Below, piece after piece: positions 21,919-33,979 of a DNA stretch of 44,390 nucleotides. The DNA is from Basidiobolus meristosporus CBS 931.73 (Eukaryota > Fungi > Basidiobolomycota). Every line of letters begins with the position of its first letter. Positions within the stretch are counted from its first letter, which is position 1. The notes under the pieces are model-generated. The model did no database searches. It was not told the origin of the DNA and saw only the letters and a program-made list of their open reading frames with translations. The DNA lies in assembly GCA_002104905.1 (NCBI GenBank), contig MCFE01000696.1, forward strand, positions 1 to 44,390. Reading direction: 5' to 3'. Made by a program: the position numbers and the translations under genes.

Positions 21919-23277
21919 ATGTCTACCACAGAAGAAACGAAGCTAATCGTTGAAACCACAATCGTCGAAACTGTCGAGGAGGTAACTCAGGTAATTGAGT
22001 CCTCCTCCGAGGTGACCCCTGCTCAAATCGAGATGAACCCTGGAAACAGTCAGGAAGAGGTCTCCGGCTCCACCAACACCGACAACCAAACCAAGTCAGA
22101 ACACGTAGAGGATAGCAAAGAAACTGTTTCAACTGACGAGAAGTCTCCGGAAAACAACTCTTCCGAGGAGCCGAGCCAGTCTGTGGACCATTCCTCTGTT
22201 AGCGAACAAGTGGCTGACTCGAACAAGCAGAGTCCCCCAGCCGAGAGTAGGCAGCAGTTGGGTGCTGCGGATGAGAAAGTGGAGAACACAAATGGCGTTG
22301 AAACTCGAGATGCATCAACCCAGGACTCGGAAGATACCAAAATCATCTCTGATGAGAAAGAAATACCTGAAGACCCCCTTCCCAATAGTGAATCGAAAGA
22401 AAGCACAGAGGAAACTGTTGCCGACAAAACGTCAACAAATGCAGATGAGCACGAGCAGACACCAATGGACATCGATCAAAACGGTGACAAAGCCCCTGAC
22501 ACAGAAGCTCAACCAGAAGCAAGTGACAACGAAGCTCCAGAAGAGGGAGTGTTTATTGTTGAGGCCGTAGTGGCCCACAGAAAGCGTGCAGTACGGTTTG
22601 TTTCCTTCACGACCTAGTAAGACCAAATGCTAAATCCACCGTAACAGGGGAACATTCAGTATTTCCTCAAGTGGAAGGGATACCCAGATACCGACAACAC
22701 ATGGGAGGACGAGGACAATCTGTCAGTCTTTCCGATTTTTTCTTACCCGAAGCAATCTGACTAACGATACTCCGATGTTTACTAGCTTCTGTACCGAGCT
22801 GATCGAGGAGTACTGGAAAACCAAGAAGCAAGACACCCCCGTTAAAACCCCGGTCAAGCGGAACAAGCCTGTCAAACGTAAGTCCGAGGAGGCCGAGGAT
22901 ACCCCAAAGAGGAAAGTAAAGGAAGCCCGAGAGGACTCCGGCGACGAAGACAATTGGGAGAATGAGGTGAAAGAGGTGGAAACTGTCGAAAGAACCAAAG
23001 ACAAGCTGATGATCTATCTTCTATGGTACGGTGACCCATTTCCCAAGCGCGTGTATATCAGAGGGGTACTTACGAACCTTGGCTCCTCCCTCAAATATAG
23101 GAACAATGGCAAGAGATCGGTGCACCCTTCCGACGAAGTCAATAAAAAATGCCCTCAGAAGGTTCAAACTACCATTATGCTCGATATAACCCTAACCATA
23201 AGTATTAACCGCGATCTGTTCTCAATTAGGTTATCAGCTTTTATGAGTCTCATTTGTCGTTCAAAGCTTCATCTTGA
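21919..23277 (+). CDS. HP1/Swi6-family chromodomain + chromo-shadow protein
   Basis: Exons 21919-22590, 22648-22721, 22786-23025, 23101-23161, 23230-23277. Chromodomain [48 protein letters not shown], basic hinge, shadow domain [13 protein letters not shown]...LMIYLLW-NNG...[18 protein letters not shown]. Confidence 0.92.
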
Positions 23278-23370
23278 ATTGAGTGTCTACAAGTGAGCAA
23301 CCAGTGTATAGAAATAAATCCATTCTTAAAACACCGCCATTTCCGTCGGCAGAGTGGTGGATGACATTGA

Positions 23371-24666
23371 TTAGTTGGAGAGGTGAAGTGGAATAGTCTT
23401 TTGTAACACAGAAACAAACATTAGGGGGTACAATATCATGGAAAAGAAGATGAATGCGAGCACAAGTACGTCAAAAAATCCGCTGCTCTTCGGTTTTCTG
23501 ATATCATTGACGCCATTAAAAGCCAGCCATCCAAGAAGTAGCAAGAACTAGCAAGTGAATATTCCATAGGTTAGTCAAGGCGAGCTGAATCGAGGCTAAA
23601 ACGAACATACAAATATGCTGGTGGTTTGCAATTGTTCCTTTACTCTTGTTTCCTGGAAGTCGCCCTTCGGCATGACTGCGCTAAAAAGCTGGTCAACTCC
23701 CACAGACCAGCAGATATGGTAGAGGATTCTGTGAAGCTTTGAGGTCTCATGCAGCACACTGTCCATCTCCATGGCAGCTCCTGTAAACAGGATCACCAGT
23801 GCAGGCAAAATGCTGTGGCTCTTTCCATTGGGACGAGTCATATAGAGCCCAAGCATTCCACCAAACCACCAAACAAGCCCGAGTGAGGTGTGCTGAAGGT
23901 CACCATGGCTCCAGCTTTCTCCCCAACTACCAGCAAACAAATGCCACCATTAGTGTTGGACCTTGGCGAATACTGCGACACAAGAGGGTTGTAAAACGTA
24001 CCGATGCTCAGTGAAGGTGTTGAATATTCCCCACAGGGTCATGACCCAGCTGTCCCAGTACTCTTGGGACTTTCCTAGGCTCTGCATGTAGGCGTTACCT
24101 GCTCTGATGATAAGCAGCAGGATAGCGCCAGTCACCAAAAAAGAAGCTTTGAAGTGAGCAGAGCCCTGCTCTAGTTCTTCCTTTGCATACACACCTCGAT
24201 AGATCAAAGAGCCAAGTGCCATTTGTACATAAGCTAGGATGCTGGTGGAAATACCCAGCCATTTGTGAATGTTCGTGACTACTTGTTGGAAGTTGGGGGT
24301 GGTCTTGTAAAACTCTATATACAGGCCGCAGAAGCCGTGTAATGCAAAGGCCAGAATTAAGACCCGAGCTATGTTGGTGTGTAGACTACTAAGGCTATGT
24401 GTGCGTGGAGAGCCCATACCGGGCATAAAGCCAAGTGCTAAGCCAAAGGTGGCAATTCCCGCACCTGCTAGCTGCACTGGGACGTGCCAACGAGAGCGAA
24501 TCAGGCCCATGATAACACCTAATGACGCAAGAAAGATTAGAGATTTTGTTTGTCTACAGACCAAGCCGATAAACGTACCGGTGGGAAACATGAAACCACA
24601 AGAGGCAGCCATACATAGAGCGTGAGCAACATAGACACCATGATGATTACACGAGTCTTCAGACAT
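23371..24666 (-). CDS. Ytp1-like multi-pass membrane protein, diverged tandem paralog (copy B)
   Basis: Same four-exon layout as copy A (introns 24578-24519, 24001-23927, and a third starting GTATGT at about 23610). It keeps WHVPVQ, SQEYWDSWVM, TEHR-WG and DLQHTSLG. My spliced reading stays open to TAA at 23371, but the C-terminal half is highly diverged; a decaying pseudogene is not excluded. Confidence 0.7.
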
Positions 24667-25022
24667 GGTTATTTTACTTACACCTACTCCCCAACAAGGC
24701 CAATATATACTGAAGACCGATGGAAGATCAATGGCTTGTCTGTAATACACTCCTCTATTCTTTTGGGGAATTATTAATAGCTACCTGGCTTGTACCACTC
24801 TATTGCTAAGTTTGCTCAACTCAGCCAAATGGGCTAATCGCTTGGCAATATACACGAAATCATCAGACCGGAAATGTTTATTGATGGCAAGCAGGATGGA
24901 AGTAGTATACTCTAGCAAGACACATGAATGAAAATCGTTTAAAGGGTCAAAAGTCTCAGTTTCCCGAATATATACAATCTGGAAATTTCTCACGATCAAC
25001 ATTTGGTGCTTGTAGGCTCGGT

Positions 25023-26503
25023 TCATGGAAGCTCTTCGGAAAGACGATCCATCTCCATATCGTCCAACGCAGTGGTGGCTATGACTTTCCCAAGAGAGTC
25101 CTCACCATCAGAATCGTAATTTTGGGTGGGGAATCTTTTATACCCGGTGGTTTCTAGAGCATTCCCTTTTTTGCTCATATACAAGGTTATCAACACCATA
25201 GCGTACAGCGTCAAGAAAAACGCAAATGAGGCAACCGTGTTGCTATAGGACACCCCGTCAATCATGGCCCAGTTCAAAAAGGACATCATCTCTTCGGTAG
25301 CGCTCATGAATAGACATCCGGCAAGGATCAAAAACTGAGGGGAGAAGTTAGTTGATCGATCCGAGTGGCAAGTGGAAGCCATGCTTTTACTTACGAATGC
25401 ACTGATCGATTGCAAAGGATGCTTCGGGAATTTCCCTTCCATAACATCATCTTGAGTCTTGAGCACCTCAGCTATACGAGCGACTCCTGCAATGGTAAGA
25501 GCATACCCGAAGAATGAATGAATCACTCCAGAAGTTGCGCTCAGCTGAGCATGCATGGCCATGGCAACACCGGTAAATATGATCACCAAGGCAGGGAATA
25601 TGTTGCGGTTCTTTCCATTGGGACGAGTCATATAGAGCCCAAGCATTCCACCAAACCACCAAACAAGCCCGAGTGAGGTGTGCTGAAGGTCACCATGGCT
25701 CCAGCTTTCTCCCCAACTACCAGCAAACAAATGTCACCATTAGTGTTGGACCTTGGCGAATACTGCGACACAAGAGGGTTGTAAAACGTACCGATGCTCA
25801 GTGAAGGTGTTGAATATTCCCCACAGGGTCATGACCCAGCTGTCCCAGTACTCTTGGGACTTTCCTAGGCTCTGCATGTAGGCGTTACCTGCTCTAGCGA
25901 TAATCAGCAGGATGATTCCATATGCAACAAAGGATGATCCCATAATGAAGTGAGCAAGACATTGCCCTAGATGGTCGGCCTTGCATATACCCAGATATAC
26001 AATAGCACCGAACAACATTTGCACATAAGCTAGGACGATGGTGGAGATACCTAACCATCTGTGGACTTTCTTAGCTACTCGTCTGAAGTTGGAGGTAGCC
26101 TTCTTATAGAACTTCATGTAGAAGCCGCAGAAGCCTTGGAGCGCCAAGGCCAGAATCAATACCCAAGCGAAGTTGGAGTGGATATTACGGTGACTGTGTT
26201 CGTGTGTGTGTGTAGAGCCCACATCATGCATAAAGCCAAGTACTAAGCCAAACGCGGCAATTCCTGTACCTGCCATCTGCACTGGGACGTGCCAACGAGA
26301 GCGAATCAGGCCCAGGACAACACCTAAGGACGTGAGGAAGATTAGAACCTTAATGTGAATATGGACCGGACGAAACCAATATACATACCAGTGGGAAATA
26401 TGAAACCATAAGAGGCAATCATAAAAAGAACGTGAGTGGTGAGAACGCCATTGTATTCGGGAAGGTCTAATGGTGCACCAGAGCTATGGTCTCCGTGGTC
26501 CAT
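25023..26503 (-). CDS. Ytp1-like multi-pass membrane protein (cytochrome b561-like N-domain + Ytp1 domain), copy A
   Basis: Exons 26503-26389, 26323-25792, 25716-25395, 25334-25023. Motifs THVLFM, RWHVPVQ, HSNF, HRWLG, QCLAHFIMGSSFVAYG, SQEYWDSWVMTLWGIFNTFTEH, DLQHTSLG, AMHAQ and IHSFFG match the fungal YTP1 family as I recall it. Confidence 0.82.
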
Positions 26504-26871
26504 GTTGTTTCTAGTAGGTAGAAGAGTTGAAGAGAGAAGAGTAAAAGATAGTCAGCACTGGAAGAAAAACGGGATAAACAACAGTACATCAACTACGGAT
26601 GGAAGCGAATTTAACCAGCGGGTAATCTCAAATACTATCCGTATTTATCGAAAACATGGACATCTGCATGACAGCCAAGATTCTAAATCTGGGAGTTCAT
26701 CAAAAGATTTACCCTACCCCACCTATAGATAAGCGTAAATCTCAATCAATACGAATTGGTCCAACTGGTCGACTAAAACGTTTTCCCCTCTAAATGCGGC
26801 AGCTTACTTGCAATTGTGTGGGGTTCGAGTGAAGTTGCTTTATTTATCCTATATAATACATTAAAGAGCGC

Positions 26872-29088
26872 TCAAATCCGGTGTTTGACCCAGTTCTCCA
26901 GCCCGCCTTCAACCATCAATTCCTGTGCAGCCTTGCCCACGGGACTAACGGCATAGCTTCTTTCCTCCCCGTCAACAACCACCGCCAGCTTGCCCTTGTC
27001 GAACTTCAGGGTACTTTGCCACCCGGTGCGCAGAGTTAGTTGGTCGCCACCATACTTCTCTTTGAGGTCTCGGACTAATTCGGGCACTTCCAATACTAAT
27101 AAGGCATTGTTGATGGAATTCCGCTTGAAAGTCTCACTGAAACTTCCGGCAATCAGCACCTGAACCCCTGCGGCCTTCAACGCTGTGGCTGCCTGTTCAC
27201 GACTAGAGCCAGTGCCGAAATTGAATCCTCCAACCATGATATCTCCCTTCTGAACCTTTTGGACGAATGACGTGTCGTAGTTTTCCATGACGACCGTGGC
27301 CATGTATTCTGGGGTCAAGTCATCTTGATAGGTGTACTTTCCTGGGTAAATACCATCCGTGTTGAGGTTGTCGGCATGACAGAAGAGCAATTCCCCTTGG
27401 ACGCTGGATGGAAATCCGTCGATGATCTCGATGGAGGTGGACTCGCTAAGCTTGGGTGCTGTGTTGATCGTGATGGAGGTCTTGGGCTCCACGTGGGCCT
27501 GGCTGGCTTCGCCCGAGAGGCTTCTTGGCCCGCATATTTTCCCGGCAACCGCCGATGCGGCCACGACTGCAGGCGATGCAAGGTATGCTTGTGCATTTGG
27601 CGAGCCCATACGACCCTTGAAGTTGCGATTGGTTGCAGAAATGCCCACCTCACCGTCCTTGAGCAAGCCAGTTCCCAGGCCAACACATGGTCCGCAACCA
27701 GGGGGCAGCGGCTTAGCACCCGCATCTAGAAGTGCCGACCAGTCACCGCTTGCTTCTACCTCCTTCTGCACCTCACTACTGGCTGCAGCAATATAAAACT
27801 CCACCCCTGGAGCAACCTTTTTGCCCTTGATGACTGCGGCAGCCTGGCGAATGTCCTGAGCTCTGGAATTGACGCATGACACCAGGTAGGCCTTGTGGAT
27901 AGCCAGGTCCTGCTGCTCCAGCTTGCTCAATGGGTTCATGACCTTGACAGAGTTGGGGCCAGAGACGTGGGGAGAAAGGGTAGAGAGGTCCAGAGTCAGA
28001 TGCTTGGCATAATTGGCTCCGGAGTCAGGGGTGATTGGGTTGGATGCCAATTGATCTATCCTCTCAGTGTTGATGCGGGGATGGACGAAGTGTTCCCCAA
28101 ACTGAAGCTTGGGAATATTTTTGTTGATGTAGGTAGCGGATCGGAGTTTCTCCACGCGACCATACAACCAGTCCAGGGTTACCTCATCAACCGGGAAGAC
28201 ACCGGCCAGCGCGCCCCATTCGGTTGTCATGTTGGCGATGGCTAGACGGTCATCGACCGAGATGCTCTTGACGGCCTCGCTGCCGGTGAATTCGATCGCT
28301 GTGTTTAATACTTCATCATGGTTGAAGAGACCGCATAATGAGACGATAATATCTTTGCCGGATACACCGGGGGGGAGCTTTCCAAGAAGCTCCACCTTGA
28401 CTACCGGCGGTATCTGCCACCAGGTACGGCCAGTCGCCCAGATGGCTGCTGCATCTGTGCGCACAATCGGAGTCCCTAAACAGCCTAGGCCTCCGTACAT
28501 GTTGGAATGAGAGTCGGATGCTACGGTCATGGTGGAAGGGAAGGCGTATCCCTCTTCGACCATGATTTGATGACCGATACCTCGTCCGGCGGGATAGAAG
28601 TCCACGCCGTGCTCACCGGCGAACTTCTCAATAGAGGCATACTTTGCGAGATTCTGACGAAACGCGTTAGTAAGCAGGAATGGCCGGACTCATCCAACAA
28701 AGCTCCGGTACCTTTTCACTCTTGTTTTGGACATCGTGATCTAGGGCGAACACTGGTTGACGGGTGTTCTTGAATTTTCCTGCCCCGATACTCTTGAACC
28801 TATAGATTTCGGTTAGTGCTGGTTGCTTGGCAAAGCTTGGGACCAACAAACCACTCACTTGTTCATCACCGCGCCGGTGTTGTCGTGGGTCAGAATGTGC
28901 TCGGGCTGGATGGAGACGAAGTCACCGGATCTTACTTTGTACCCCTCGGGTAACTCTAAAGAATACTTTTGGGTGATTTTCTCGACCAGGTTCTGGGAGT
29001 ATGAGGTTGCTGAGGCCAGACAACGGAAGTGCTGTCGGGTTAGCCCATGTCGGGCCACGGGTCGGGTGATCCGGTGTAGATAAAACAT
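26872..29088 (-). CDS. LYS4: Homoaconitase, mitochondrial (alpha-aminoadipate lysine pathway)
   Basis: Exons 29088-28859, 28799-28712, 28653-26872. R-rich presequence, [24 protein letters not shown], [4Fe-4S] ligands SCVN and GCGPCVG, swivel domain [15 protein letters not shown] and [10 protein letters not shown]. Confidence 0.95.
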
Positions 29089-30007
29089 GGTTGATGGACG
29101 AAAAATGAGAGTCCGCCTTGAATGAACGAAAGAAGGGGAAATTTTTCAAGGACAAAGACCGGTGTGGTTCTAACCGGTACTTGATATATAGTTGCTGGAA
29201 AATGCCTCCCCTTTTTCACGATGCAATAGCCATCGGTTTACATTGAAGATGGATTGACTACCCACATTATTATCTCGCTTAAAAAGGAAGGCGTGTGCAT
29301 GTTTTAGAGTCACAAGGGTTCATCCTTCGGCCTGATACGACTCGACGCACGATGATTCATCCTAGATGCAATATGATCTTATCAATGGATTTGGTTCTGA
29401 TATATAGTCGTAATCAATGATTTACTTTTAGCCGATATTAGACCTGGCGCGTCGTCGCACGTTTGACTGTGTTAATGCTCATTTTTGCTTATTTCTGTTC
29501 ATTTCGTCGCTTTTTTCTCTTGACGACTAAACCGGTCACCACACCATAACTACAGCTTGACTGTGTGGTCTTGGTGTTTGGAAGCGGGGTTTTCAGCGTT
29601 GCCTCGCTCCGCCTTCCTGCGCGCCCACGAAGCCCCAAATCCCGTGCCGACCGGATTTATAGTGGGAACGAAACAGCTCCCCCATTTCCAGAGAATCCGA
29701 TTTTTTTAGAGCGTGTCCATGGTCCCGGTAGAAACATGCTTAATCAAACCAACATTTCCACAACTATGCATTGTCCAAACTCCGGTGTACTCTCATTTGA
29801 GATTGAACAAAAAATAAACATAAACACCTTGAGCCAATAAAATCCTCGAAATCCCCGTCGTATTAGGCTCGATTGGCCTGTCAACCGGAACAAAACAACC
29901 TCTCTTTTCTTCATAGACAAGTGATCCATATTACTCATATTCGGGCACTAGAGAGCAGCCCCACCTTTCGACCATCATAAGCAGTACATTCCATACCTTC
30001 GCTAACT

Positions 30008-32204
30008 ATGATGGCTGACAGTACAACCAATGAGGCCGTTGAAGCAGTTGATGTAGAAATGGTCCAGAAGGAAGAAGTAGACAGCAAGGGTAAAGAGAAA
30101 ACCAAACCCGAAGAAGTTGAGGAAGAACAGAAGGGGACGGAATTCTTCCCAGAAGGTAGATTCGATTCCATCGAATGGACCTTTTTTCAATGAGCTCGTA
30201 CTGATTTGGTTCTTGGCTCGTTCGCCGTAGAGATCACCAAGGTGGCCACCAAGAACGAACCCTCCCCCTCGCCAAATTATTGTGGGCTTTATACGGAAAC
30301 TTGGTTGAGCACTCTCGGCAAATTAAGGGTAAGCTTGTCGACTGATCGCGGTTTGGCTGTCGCACGGTACCTGACGAATCCTCTACCATAAGGAACAATT
30401 ACGTGCTCAAGGCCCTCCATCCCCTAGTAGATATTTAAGTAAGGAGGTGGTGCCGGAAACGACCTCTCCGGTTCTCGATGCTGAGTACGTCCTCCTCTGT
30501 CTCGAGCCAGCCTGGAATCGCTAATAACTTGTGTTTAGCAACGAAGAGATCGCCACCGTCCGTAAGGACAACATGTTCAGCACCGAGGTGACCGAGCAGG
30601 AGATGGACATCATTGCCCAACGTGTTGCTCTTCAGCAGCGTCGAGTAAGTGGAATCGATATGGGTGTCCCTCAAGAGCAATATTAACCCCTTTCAGTTCG
30701 CCGAGTTTGAACGAAAAGAGTTCGAGCAGAAGGCACGTAAGATCCGCACCATGTTCGATTATCTCTCGGACGAGGAGATCAAGCACGCGTTAAAGCAGTG
30801 GTCTAACGATGAGGTAACAGTCTCCGTGCTCAATATTGGTGGTGTCACGTCTTGACCTGCGATCGTGTAGGAAGAGGTGATTGTTCAATTCGCACAGTCC
30901 GGTTATCTGTTGAGAATCCGAAAGGCGTTGGCAAAGACGGATGAGGAGGCAGCCTCCGCACGATGTAAGCCTTTACCAAACCCCTCATTCTCCCGGGACA
31001 GTTGTTGATCTCTCTTGTAGCACACACCATGACCCAAGAACAAATGGAGGCCTACGAGCAACTGGTTCGAAAGCGTACCTCCACGTTGAAGAAATCCACT
31101 ACCGCCGATGCCAAGCAGTAAGTATATTTGGCATGTGTCGAGGGTAGGTAGCGGGCATTTTTTGACACACCCATCTCCTAGAAAATATCAACGCTGTGGA
31201 AGGCTGGCTCTTGACGACGCTTTAAAGCAAATCCAACAAAACAAAATCAGCCCCGAGGACGCCATGAAGGGATGGTCTGAAGCACGTATCAAAGCGTACA
31301 AAATGATCGACAAGAACCCGAACGCCTACTACTATAGATTCAATGCCCCTGGCGAGGAACAGAGGACTGGCCAATGGTCCCCAGCCGAGCAGAAGCTCTT
31401 CCACGCTCGATTGAAGGAGATCGGCGCGAACGGTCAATGGGGGATCTTTTCCATGACCATCTCCGGTAGAGTTGGGTATCAAGTACGTACAGCCATTTGC
31501 ACCCTTTTCGATTCCACGAGGACTCACAACCCTCCCTCTAGTGCTCGAATTACTACCGACACCTGATCGAAACCAACAAGATCCATGACCCGAACTACGT
31601 CCTGGATGAGAAGGGAAAGGCTCACTACCTGTTCAAGAAGATGAAAAAGGATGGAACGGTCGAGCACACGTTTAGAACCCATTCCAAGCACGGCACCGGG
31701 CGTAGATCCGGCGCTGACGATAGCGAATCCGGCGGTGGCAGCTCACGCCCAGTCCGCAAAACCCGGACCAAACGCAAACGCCGTGGTTTCTACGGAAGTG
31801 ATGACGACGATGAATCCGAGGAATCGGACAATTTCGGTGGCGATGACTCCGGCGTGTTGGGCTATGCATCATGGAACACGACTCGTCGCACCAGATCTCG
31901 GAATGCCGGCGCCGGTGAGGAGCCCCAAGAAGAATCCGAGGAGGCTGAGGAGGAAGAGGATGAGCATGACCCGGATAACCCGCTGCCAGGCTTTGTCGAT
32001 CCAATTACCCTCGACGAGGTGGTCAAGCCTGCCATCTCCCCGTACGGTCATGTGATGGGGTACGAGAACTGGGTTAGGTGTTTGACTTCGGAGGCCAAGC
32101 GGAACATCTGTCCGTTGACCAAGAAACCCCTAAGCAAGCGTGACTTGGTGATTCTAACCCATGAGAACATTGCCGAATATCGGGACAAAATTGTGAATAA
32201 CTAG
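30008..32204 (+). CDS. Uncharacterised multi-exon protein: CUE/UBA-like + Myb/SANT-like + acidic linker + C-terminal U-box-like domain
   Basis: About 8 short GT-AG introns. Spliced segments: IRTMFDYLSDEEIKHALKQWSNDE-EEVIVQF (CUE-like); GWSEARIKAY...NPNAYYYRFNAPGE; GQWSPAEQKLF...GQWGIFSMTISGRVGYQ-CSNYYRHL (Myb-like, intron 31483-31541); FVDPITLDEVVKPAISPYGHVMG...CPLTKKPLSKRDL (U-box-like). The 5' exon structure is less certain. Confidence 0.8.
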
Positions 32205-32460
32205 ACCGCCAATCAGTGCGTTTGCTAATTTGTTAATAGATGTGTGTGTTTTTTCAAGTGCTCAACCGTCCGTGTCCAGGGGGGACACTCTCTGCCCCCC
32301 TCCCCCTTTTGTAAAGAGTCGGCTTTTTCGAGGTTACTTTAGTTGTTGATGTCGTATTTTAATCATATTCCAGATGCTTGACCATTTTAATAAACTTTTT
32401 TTTCTCCAATGGAATCAACTGGGATTAGGGAATGGCATTAGGGAATGGGTCAGTGAGAGG

Positions 32461-32490
32461 TGCGGGATGCGGGATGCGGGATGCAGGATG
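32461..32490. repeat. 7-bp tandem repeat (TGCGGGA)x3 + TGCAGGA upstream of RPS17
   Basis: Direct reading: tgcggga tgcggga tgcggga tgcagga tg, about 150 bp upstream of the RPS17 ATG. Confidence 0.85.
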
Positions 32491-32640
32491 GTCCAAATTT
32501 TTTGACCCGGGTCCGAAGAAATCTTCACCTGCCTTGTGGTCCATCCTTGGGTAACAAAAAGGACGTGGATGCCACGCTGAGGGTCCTTCTCTTCTACTTT
32601 TGCGGGCAAGTTGTTCTCTTTGCTCTAACTCACATCAAAC

Positions 32641-33286
32641 ATGGTAAGCGTTTTTTCAAGCCTATTGTGCGTGCAGCTACGTTCGCTCTCCCCACCACCC
32701 ACACCCCACTGCTCCCGCGAGCCGAGGACCACGAGCGTCTTTTCATCATTCGAACCATCCTATGCATCCATCAACCATCTGACTCCCCCAGCGACGTTTT
32801 TGCCCCAGCCAACTTGCAGAGGATTCCATGTCACTAAACCGCATTGTCCATTTGTAGGGTCGCGTTCGTACTAAGACTGTTAAGAAAGCTTCCAGAGTGA
32901 TCATCGAGAAGTACTACCCTCGTCTCACTTTGGACTTCCAAACCAACAAGAAGATCTGCGATGAGGTTGCTATCATTGCTAGCAAGCGTCTCCGCAACAA
33001 GATCGCTGGTTTCACCACCCACTTGATGAAGCGTATCCAACGTGGTCCCGTTCGTGGTATCTCCTTCAAGCTCCAAGAAGAGGAACGTGAACGTAAGGAT
33101 AACTACGTCCCCGAGTTCTCCGCTTTGGATGTCTCCAACATCGAGATCGATCCCGAAACCAAGGAACTCCTCAAGTCTCTCAACATGGAGAACCTCCCCG
33201 GAGTCACCGTCGCTGCCCCCGTCCAAGCCTTCGTCCCCGGTGCCAACCGTGGTCGTCGTGCTCCCAGAAGAAAGACTGAACAATAA
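32641..33286 (+). CDS. RPS17: 40S ribosomal protein S17 (eS17)
   Basis: ATG, then intron 32644-32857, then [52 protein letters not shown]...[24 protein letters not shown]. Strong codon bias. Confidence 0.98.
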
Positions 33287-33979
33287 TTTGGTCGCGTCTT
33301 CCTTGATCCCTCAATCGTTTTGTAAAATAAAACTGTTGAAACTCATTATTCACCTGTGGTTGAAAGAATGATCGTCCATCGGCTGCAGTGGGCGTTCGAT
33401 TCATCAACCCACCGGTTTATTCCAGTTGCTTGCGATCGGCTACACCCACGTCGCTGGTGATGGTGCCAGTGGGGAGATTATGTAGTAGTGAATGGGCTTT
33501 GCATGGGACTTGGAGTTTCAGGGTTAATTGAGATGAAAGGTCTTAGGCGAACGAGCACAGACCGCTGAGCCTAGTCATCCCAACATTGACCACCTAACCT
33601 CCTCATTATGCCATAAGTGGGTGGTCGAAGGAGAGATTATGTGGAGTTGCTGCATGCCACGTAATGTCTCGTTTCTCTTCCAGCTTCCCTGGCTCATTTA
33701 CTGGTCAGATCCCAAAATTGGGTGCTGGAAAGCACATCGCCTGCTCAATTGGTGTCAGCTCGTTCGATCCATGGTGAGGAATATACAATCGGCGATAGCG
33801 AGAGTTCAATCCATTTCTGGAATACGAAAGGGAGGAGGGCTGCCGTGAGTCAAATAACAAGTTTGGCAGATGATGTGCCTCTCCTATTCCTCCACCAGTC
33901 ATGGTCAGTGTTCAAGATCACTCCACACTTCGACTTCCACATAAAAGCCTCTCGTCACGCCACACCAACTATCAACACC

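Noticed and set aside
32644-32857. Unusually long RPS17 intron (214 nt) as a possible snoRNA host
   Set aside because: No RUGAUGA C box and no convincing H/ACA layout. Long first introns are normal for ribosomal-protein genes.
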